NCBI GenBank assembly: GCA_965218785.1
Contig: OZ244650.1
Span: 1,728,001 to 1,792,000 of the forward strand
DNA: 64,000 bases
Origin: Nitrosopumilus sp.
GTDB lineage: Archaea > Thermoproteota > Nitrososphaeria > Nitrososphaerales > Nitrosopumilaceae
Direction of reading: 5' to 3'
A program made the position numbers and the translations under genes. Positions 1-8,000 of the stretch are shown one piece after another (the first letter of the stretch is position 1; every line of letters starts with the position of its first letter). The notes under the pieces were generated by a model that was not told the DNA's origin, did not search any database, and saw only the letters and a list, made by a program, of their open reading frames with translations.

Positions 1-322
1 TGGACATTTTCTTTCCTAACGCATCAAAGTGCATTTCAATATTATCCACTTCAGTATTGACTTGTGATTGAGATATTGATTGGATGGAACCCATAGTCCT
101 GATTTTTAGTGCACAATAGTCATTATTAGAGTCACAATTTAGATAATCTGTATGACCATCTCCAAGACTTCTACTCCAAATATGCCATTCATAGTTTTTT
201 ACGTTCTCAACATGGTCGGCAAATACATCGATCATGCTAACGGTGCAGACAATTATGGAGACTAGTCCGGTAAACAGAATTAGATTTGATGTCTTTGTCT
301 TGTTTTGATTTTTGTAATTCAT
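1..322 (-). CDS. Secreted hypothetical protein, runs off the left edge of the window
   Basis: ATG at 322 on the minus strand reads MNYKNQNKTKTSNLILFTGLVSIIVCTVSMIDVFADHVENVKNYEWHIW..., open to base 1. It has a signal-peptide-like N-terminus and the same first six codons as the gene at 3419. Confidence 0.75.
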   Translation of the reverse strand, partial: MNYKNQNKTKTSNLILFTGLVSIIVCTVSMIDVFADHVENVKNYEWHIWSRSLGDGHTDYLNCDSNNDYCALKIRTMGSIQSISQSQVNTEVDNIEMHFDALGKKMS

Positions 323-478
323 GTCCGTACAACCTTACCCCTTGCTGTTATTTAGCAAGATCTATTTCACTACGGTATGCTTCTTAGGCACGAAAACTGT
401 AAAAATACTGTATTATTGCAGAATCAGGAAAATACCGTTGTGCAAAAACCATTTTGCGAATTTATGCCGGTTTGGGGC
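304..478. repeat. Left arm of ~175-bp imperfect inverted repeat (upstream region plus first codons of the left secreted gene)
   Basis: Reverse complement of 3261-3437, e.g. cactacggtatgcttcttaggcacgaaaactgtaaaaa versus tttttacagttttcgtgcctaagaagcataccgtagtg. Confidence 0.9.
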
Positions 479-616
479 GGATCCATCAGATACATGGAAA
501 AACCAATAATCATATTCACGCCTCAGGAGTCAGACGACTTTATGTGATTTGACTTGCACAGATAGCCTGCCCGCATTCACATGCTATAATTTTTATTCAT
601 TTGAATAAACCAGTTT

Positions 617-1894
617 GTGGTGAACTTTACACACAAGATCTCAGTATTGGTGACACTACAGATACTGCTGATCATTGCAAGCTCTCTGATCATAGTATAC
701 TTTGAGTCTCAGACATCCCTTGCCGGAAACGTGGTAAACGTGGCAGGAAAGAACCGCCTCCTTGTAGCACAGGTGCAGATTGAGCTTGACCACGTGCTGT
801 TCCATGCAGACGGCGATTCGGATCCTAGTAATGTCTTGGATGCAATACAAAAGCTGGAGGAGAACATTCTCTTTCTCAAAAACGGCGGGACATCACTTGG
901 GATCAAGATAGAGCCTGTTCCCCCCATGTTTGCAGATGACTGGAACCGCATATGGGAAAAATTTACACAGTACGAGGAATCCATACACGGGATTGCGGTT
1001 TTACAAAATGATACGGTGTTTGACGACAAAGACATAGATGCTGTGCGCCAGATTGGAGACGAGCTTGTGATGCACTCGGACGTACTTGCATCAGGACTTG
1101 GTAATAATGTCGAGAAACATTCTGCAGATCTCGTGCTTTTACAGCTGGCCCTCGGTGCAGTAAACGTGCTAGTACACGTTTTTATGATCATATTCATACT
1201 TGGGATCTTTAAAAATCATGCAAAGGAGATGATCAAGACGGAGCGATTCACCACCATAGGCGAGTTTGCATCCATGGTGGCCCATGATCTGAGAAATCCG
1301 CTTGGGGCGATAAGAAACTCGCAGATAATAATAGCCGGCCGCAACAATGGCAGGAACCAGATGATCGACTCTGAATGCTCTAGAATCGACCGCTGCATAA
1401 ACAGGATGGCACACCAGATAGAAGGCGTCATGAACTATGCACGCGATGTCCCACTTTTCATGGGGTCCGGCTCCATACGTGAGATCATGCACAAAACCCT
1501 GGACACGGTAAAAATCCCGGAAAATATAGATGTAAAGTTTCCAGAAAATGATGCGAGTATAACGTGTGACTTGGTAAAGATAGAGTTTGTATTTACAAAT
1601 CTACTGCTCAACGCGATTCAGGCAATAGGTGGCAATCAGGGCAGCATCACGATCCGGCTTGCAGACGGACCGGCAGAGACGGTGCTAAAGTTTGAGAATT
1701 CGGGTCCTGCAATACCGGAGAGGGATCTCGGCCGGATATTCGAACCGCTCTTTACGACAAAGATGCAGGGAACGGGGCTGGGACTGGTCAGCTGCAAGAG
1801 TATAATCAAACGGCACGGAGGGAGCATCACCGTACAAAATGATCCGGTTACGTTTACAGTGATAATCCCAAGGAGGACTCTGGATGCAGCCTAA
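617..1894 (+). CDS. Membrane sensor histidine kinase with PilJ/NarX-like extracellular domain
   Basis: Two TM segments; VNVAGKNR (P-box-like); H-box AHDLRNPL; N-box NLLLNAIQA; F/G2 boxes IFEPLFTTK..GTGLGL. Confidence 0.93.
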   Translation: MVNFTHKISVLVTLQILLIIASSLIIVYFESQTSLAGNVVNVAGKNRLLVAQVQIELDHVLFHADGDSDPSNVLDAIQKLEENILFLKNGGTSLGIKIEPVPPMFADDWNRIWEKFTQYEESIHGIAVLQNDTVFDDKDIDAVRQIGDELVMHSDVLASGLGNNVEKHSADLVLLQLALGAVNVLVHVFMIIFILGIFKNHAKEMIKTERFTTIGEFASMVAHDLRNPLGAIRNSQIIIAGRNNGRNQMIDSECSRIDRCINRMAHQIEGVMNYARDVPLFMGSGSIREIMHKTLDTVKIPENIDVKFPENDASITCDLVKIEFVFTNLLLNAIQAIGGNQGSITIRLADGPAETVLKFENSGPAIPERDLGRIFEPLFTTKMQGTGLGLVSCKSIIKRHGGSITVQNDPVTFTVIIPRRTLDAA

Positions 1895-2249
1895 AAAGAT
1901 CATGATCATCGATGACGACAAGGAGTTTCGCGAGTCAATACACGTGATTCTCATGGACCTGGATCACAGGGTCACCTCAATTTCAAACGGTATTAATGCT
2001 GCCGGAATCTATGCCGAGTTCAAGCCGGACCTGGTATTTCTGGACATAAGGATGCCCGTAATTGATGGCTATAACGTCTTTTTTCACATAACAAAGCGGG
2101 ATCCGGATGCAAGGATCGTCTTTGTGTCAAGCTACGATCTGGATGAGATAAAGTACCGGTGTGCCATGGATGTAACGCCCGTAGAAATACTTGAAAAGCC
2201 ATTGAATTTTTCAGATGTCAAAAAGATGATCAAAATACACGCAAAATGA
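1884..2249 (+). CDS. Stand-alone CheY-like response regulator receiver
   Basis: IMIIDDD, LVFLDIRMP..DG and KP motifs; overlaps the kinase stop codon. Confidence 0.93.
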   Translation: MQPKKIMIIDDDKEFRESIHVILMDLDHRVTSISNGINAAGIYAEFKPDLVFLDIRMPVIDGYNVFFHITKRDPDARIVFVSSYDLDEIKYRCAMDVTPVEILEKPLNFSDVKKMIKIHAK

Positions 2250-2316
2250 GTTGTGACAGGTGTGTATTGTTGTGTCGCTGTTATTTTGGCGTGGTGGTAA
2301 TAATGATGGACTACTA

Positions 2317-3144
2317 CTACCTGTCTTCAACGTATGTATTTTTGGAAAGACTGACATTATTCATGCCGCGGATTATTTCGGTATAATGTATCGAGGCACT
2401 ATGAAAGAATTCAGAGTACCATCCATGCAGATCCGCATCACTTTCCAGCATCCCGCGTATTCTTTTGGATCTGCCCTGTGTCTTTCTGGATTGCAGATGA
2501 GGATACAGCAGAAACGTGTAAAACCAGTATGAAATCTGCTCTGCCAGATCATGCTCTGTGATTGATTCTAAGTTTCTGGCGTATTTGACGTGGATAAACG
2601 ACATGAGTGCGTAGAGTGGATTGCACGGATCGCGTGCTATCGGGCTGTCAAGAAGCATTCCCTTTGAGAGTATCCGCAGTTTGTACACGTCACTTTTCAG
2701 TACCTGTTTTAGATATTTCCACCTGCCAAACACCCTTGGAAGCAGGTCTGAATATTTTTTTGTCATGATGTCAATCTCCCTGTTGGTAGGATCCAGGACG
2801 TCCATACAGTATAGTATGCCGTGCAGGGAGAGGCGATACTGCTGGGATGTCTTTTTGCCGGTCTGTTTCTCGTTTTTTAACACCAAGCCCAGGTCAAATA
2901 TTCCATAGTTGTGACTGCTCCCGTCGGTTCTCCCAACAAGGAGTCTTCTGTACCCCTTTTCCTTTGCCCTGATCTTATCTGTCCTGGAATATCTCATCTT
3001 TGCCATGTCCCACGTGGTGCACGATCCGGTTGCAAACAGGGTGTGCAGCAGATCCTGTACGTCCTTCTGGTGTTTGGTCAGTTTTTTGTTGTGCCCGCCG
3101 TACAGCTTGTATGCCGCAGGCAGGATATGAATCTTGTATGACAT
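2317..3144 (-). CDS. Hypothetical protein, probable winged-helix DNA-binding protein
   Basis: Long basic ORF with GSCTTWDMAK and a YRLSLHG wing-like motif. Start placed at MSYKIH. Confidence 0.7.
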   Translation of the reverse strand: MSYKIHILPAAYKLYGGHNKKLTKHQKDVQDLLHTLFATGSCTTWDMAKMRYSRTDKIRAKEKGYRRLLVGRTDGSSHNYGIFDLGLVLKNEKQTGKKTSQQYRLSLHGILYCMDVLDPTNREIDIMTKKYSDLLPRVFGRWKYLKQVLKSDVYKLRILSKGMLLDSPIARDPCNPLYALMSFIHVKYARNLESITEHDLAEQISYWFYTFLLYPHLQSRKTQGRSKRIRGMLESDADLHGWYSEFFHSASIHYTEIIRGMNNVSLSKNTYVEDR

Positions 3145-3260
3145 GAGGTTTCCGTAGCGTATCCCGTGCTGGGTCAATGACGGGGATTGGTAATGTTGCT
3201 ATATAATATTAGAGAGTATCAAAAGTTCTGGTCCGGTTCATGTTACCTGGTGCAGGTACT

Positions 3261-3437
3261 GCCTCAAACCGGCTCAAATATGCAAAATGGTTTTTGCACA
3301 ACAGTATTTCCCGATTCTGCAATAAATACGGTATTTTTTACAGTTTTCGTGCCTAAGAAGCATACCGTAGTGAGATAGGTCTTGTTAAATAACAGTAGGT
3401 GGTAGATATGATGATAACATGAATTACAAAAATCAAA
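3261..3437. repeat. Right arm of inverted repeat
   Basis: Reverse complement of 304-478; ends in ATGAATTACAAAAATCAAA, the start of the 3419 gene. Confidence 0.9.
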
Positions 3438-4339
3438 CAGCAAAAACAATATTGTTTGCATCTTTGATTGTTGCAATGATTCTGCCATTTTCGGGCATGG
3501 GAAATTCATTTGCACAGCAAACACCCGGAGAAGAAGACAAAATAGAAGCACCATACACACTAAAAGAAATTGAGCATTCATTTGCTGTCATGGAAAACTA
3601 TGTCATTTATGATGAAAACAAAAATATCACATTTGACATAATCAATGCAACAAGGGATAATATATCTCAAAATGATATCAACATTGCACAGGACTTTGCA
3701 GTGTATAGTGACAATATCATAAATGCTGCAATTGGTCCAACTGGACAAGTAAATGAAGACAATACAGACAAACAAGAACTAAAACAAAAAATACAAGAAT
3801 TAGAAGAGGGTAAATTCCAAGCACTTTTTGGAGCAAATATTGAACCTACAGTATCTGTAAATGAAATAACATTTACAGATTATCAGTATGATTCAATTCC
3901 AATTCTTACAGCATTTGGAATATCTGAATATGCAGACATTTACCAAATCAGACACAATTCAAACAATAATTCGCTTTTAGCTTGTGGTGGAAACTATCAA
4001 AATCCACACCCAGCAGATTCAAATCCGACAATAGTTAATGGATTTACATCATTATATTCTGCACAGCAAGATCTATATCAAAACGGATATCATATAGTTC
4101 CATCATATGCTTCTTGGGGTGATGAATCAGGACCCGATATAGGATTTGCCAAATTTGTAACTTCTGGCGCTCCTGGAAATTGTAATACAGGTCAATTCCG
4201 TGATGAAGGTGTAATCAATCAATACACATATGCTTCATATACTGTATATGAAAATGAACCCAATCCGGAAGTAATAAGCTATTGGTGGCCTAAAATTTGG
4301 TGGGGTACATATGTCGAATGGTGGCATGATAACTTTTAA
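3419..4339 (+). CDS. Secreted hypothetical protein
   Basis: 306 aa; signal peptide KTILFASLIVAMILPFSGMGNSFA; aromatic C-terminus; AT-rich. Confidence 0.85.
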   Translation: MNYKNQTAKTILFASLIVAMILPFSGMGNSFAQQTPGEEDKIEAPYTLKEIEHSFAVMENYVIYDENKNITFDIINATRDNISQNDINIAQDFAVYSDNIINAAIGPTGQVNEDNTDKQELKQKIQELEEGKFQALFGANIEPTVSVNEITFTDYQYDSIPILTAFGISEYADIYQIRHNSNNNSLLACGGNYQNPHPADSNPTIVNGFTSLYSAQQDLYQNGYHIVPSYASWGDESGPDIGFAKFVTSGAPGNCNTGQFRDEGVINQYTYASYTVYENEPNPEVISYWWPKIWWGTYVEWWHDNF

Positions 4340-4544
4340 AACCCTTTTTTATTTTTTATTCATACCGATACTGGTAATCTTTGTAATTATTTTTATCGTA
4401 AACTTTGAATTATTTTATAATCTAATCGTATATGGTAAAATTGCAGGACCCTGTGTCTGGCCAAGTGATTATGAAAATAGGGGGTATGGATCTAGAGAAA
4501 ATCTAATTTATGATGAAAATTTACAGTGTTATCTTTTGCCTTAA
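4311..4544 (+). CDS. Small membrane-anchored hypothetical protein
   Basis: Hydrophobic N-terminus and a Cys pair; overlaps the end of the upstream gene. Confidence 0.6.
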   Translation: MSNGGMITFKTLFYFLFIPILVIFVIIFIVNFELFYNLIVYGKIAGPCVWPSDYENRGYGSRENLIYDENLQCYLLP

Positions 4545-5011
4545 TTTTTAAAGCCAACACACTTACACCTAAAATTTCAAAAGATTTGATATGCCTTGGA
4601 GAATACAAGCAAAGCAAAGGGTATTTGCATACGATATAGGCAAAAGATGTGTGTGGGATAATCTACAATATCAACTGGTGTGACAGCACGATTGAATCCC
4701 CCGGAGTGTGTGACCACAAATCCACCCATGGTAAAGACCAGCCTCGGGAATAATTTTTCTTGGAACCTGCCGCCTATGCGGCATTCCCAAATTTCGTTTT
4801 TTATTCACATGTTGCTATTGAACAAATATACATTAACAGATTCCAGATATGCCATCAGGAACTAAGGATCAGAGAGCCGCTCCACGAACAGGATTGTACA
4901 GCCCTCATCTACCTGCCAACCAAAACTTTGAGGCAGTAGCGTTTCATCACCACGATTCATTACAGACCACCCATTCATATTCATAATACAGGTACCACGA
5001 TTACAAGGGTA

Positions 5012-8000
5012 CTATGCCACGGTAACTGTGTATTCGTCTGATGCCCTGTTAAAGTTATGACCGGCATCTGATGCTGCGAGTTTGGGGACAGACACGGTGA
5101 CCGTGCCGCCCGAGGTAGCTGTCACTTCAAAGGTGTATGTGGTACCGGTTCCTGCAAAGTTTGATACTGTGGGCGTGCCGCCTGATGCCGTTCCTGATAC
5201 TGTAATATCTGATGCGGCAAAGTCAGTCACGTCCTCGCTGAAGGTGGCAGTGTATGATATCGTGTTAGAGTTGTGTGTGCCGCCGTTGGGGGTGTCACTC
5301 GTTATGGCCACGGTAGGTGAAAGATCATATATCTGTACCCTCTGATTGAAGATATCAGAAATCAGCATGTGCGTGGAGTTTGTCGTGATTCCAGCTGGTC
5401 TGTCAAACTGGTCGTTGCCTGTGCCGCGGCTGCCAATTGTAGAGATGTAGTTGCCATCCCGGTCGTGTACCTGTATCCTGTCGTTGCGACTGTCTGCAAC
5501 CAAGATGTACGCAGGGGTTGTTGTGACTTTCTCTGGTAAATAAAACTGGCCGTTGCCTGAGCCGCGGCTGCCGAACTTGCTGAGATAGTTGCCATCAAGA
5601 TCAAATACCTGTATCCTGTGGTTGTTCCGGTCTGCAACCAGGATGTTCGTGGAGGTTGTCGTGACTCCCGTTGGAAAATGGAACTCGCCGTTGCCTGAGC
5701 CGCGGCTGCCAAACGTGTTGACGTGGTTGCCATCAAGATCAAATATCTGTATCCTGTTGTTGCTCCGGTCTGGAACCACGATGTGCGTGGGGGTTGTTGT
5801 GATTCCAGTAGGGAATTTCAACATGCCGTTTCCTGAACCATATTTACCGAATTTGTCGACATAGTTGCCATCAAGATCAAATATCTGTATCCTGTGGTTG
5901 GCCAGGTCTGCAACTAGGATGCGCGTGGGAGTTACGGTAATATCAAATGGTTTTTTAAACTGACCGTTACCTGAGGCATAGCTGTTGCCAAACGTACTAA
6001 CAAAATTGCCATCCAGATCAAATACCCGGATCCTGTTGTTGTAGGTGTCTGCAACCAGTATGTGTGCAGAGTTTACCGCGATACCTCTGTTATACCGAAA
6101 ATCTCCGGCAAGGCGGTCAATTGAACTCTGAAAAGTCGCAACTGGTACAAAGATATCCAGTGTAACGGTGTATGTGTTTGATGCCATGTTCACGCTGTCA
6201 TCAGCACCCATTACCACATTTGGAGGAATGGATACCGTGAGTGTTCCGTCACTGGTGGCATCCAGGCTAAACGTCCAGATGAGGCCGTCGTCGCCTAGTT
6301 CGTTAAAGTTGTGTACTCCTTCCGACGTTACAGATGCGGTTCCAGATACGTCGATATCTGTTCGGGTAAAGTCTGTCACGGACTCGTCAAAGGTGACAAC
6401 GTATGATATGTCAGCAGAGGTGTGTGTGCCGCCGTTGGGGGTGCTGGTATTAGTTATGGCTGCAGTAATCGTTTCAAGAGGCGTGATAGGAGGTACGGTT
6501 TTTTGTACTGTTATGGTCTGGGTATCGATTGCCTGATTGCCCGAAGAGTCAGTTGCAGTCCATATGACTAGGGTATCGCCTAGCGGGAATGATGCTGATG
6601 CGCTGTTTGTAATTTTAGGATTTGGATCAGCGATATCAGTGGCAGTTGCCATGCCGATGGATACGGTAGTTAAAACATCCGTATATTCTGCCGTTACATC
6701 GGCAGGTGCGGTAATGACGGGGGGTGTCGTATCCTGGATGGTAATACTTTGGATGGCAGTTGCAGTATTGCCCGATGCGTCAGTTGCAGTCCATGTAATT
6801 GTAGTGTCCCCCATCTGGAATGAATCCGGTGCGTCGTTTGTGATTGTGGGGGTGACACCTGAGACATCAATGGCAGTTGCAGTGCCGATGGATACTGTAG
6901 TTAAAACATCCGTATATTCTGCTATTACATCGGCAGGTGCGGTAATGACGGGAGGTGTCGTATCCTGTATGGTTACAGTCTGGGGGATAGTTGCCGTATT
7001 GCCGGAGGCATCAGTGGCACTCCACGTAACTGTAGTGTCCCCTAACGGAAATGAATCAGGTGCGTCTTTTGCAATGACAGGATTTGGATCAGCGATATCA
7101 GTGGCAGTTGCCATGCCGAGGAATACGGCAGTCCTAATGCCCGTGATCTCTGCTGTTACATCGGCAGGTGCGGTAATGACGGGAGGTGTCGTATCCTGGA
7201 TGGTTACAGTCTGGGGGATAGTTGCCGTATTGCCGGAGGCATCAGTGGCACTCCACGTAACTGTAGTGTCCCCTAACGGAAATGAATCAGGTGCGTCGTT
7301 TGTGATTGTGGGGGTGACACCTGAGACATCAATGGCAGTTGCCGTGCCGATGGATACGGCAGTCAGGATGCCCGTAGATTCTGCTGTTACATCGGCAGGC
7401 GCTGTAATGACGGGAGGTGTTGTATCCTGGATGGTGATTCTCTGAGTGAGAATTGCCATGTTACCTGAGACATCAGCTGCACTCCACGTAACTATGGTAT
7501 CGCCCAGCGGGAATGAACCTGTGGCGTCGTTTGTCGGAGTAACAACTTCACACGAGTTCTCAGATGTTCCAGGCAGTACAAGTGATACAGGCGTAAGCTG
7601 GCCTGTGATCTCTGCTATAACATCCTCGACTGAAGTGATTACGGGGGGAACAGTATCCCGAATTGTAACTAGTTGTGCATCAGTTGCCGTGTTTCCTGAA
7701 GAGTCAGTTGCAGTCCACAGTACGGTGGCTGTGCCAAGCTGGAATGATGCAGGGGCATCGTTTGTAATTTCAGGATTTGGATCATAGTTGTCAGAATATG
7801 CCGGCTGTCCCAAGTCCACCGTGGTTCCAGGACATGTAACTTCTGCGGTTACATCAACTGGCGCCATAATTATCGGAGGTGCGATGTCCACTATGGTGAC
7901 AGTATGTGTCGTACTGTCACTGTTTCCAGAATCATCAGTGGCAGTCCACGTAACCATGGTGGGACCCAGTGGGAAGGGGTCCGGTGCGTTGTGTTTGGGC

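Noticed and set aside
321-509. Short ORFs sharing TTVCFLGTKTVK (321-509 and 3264-3581)
   Set aside because: The shared peptide is only a translation of the inverted-repeat arms; there is no evidence these ORFs are real genes.
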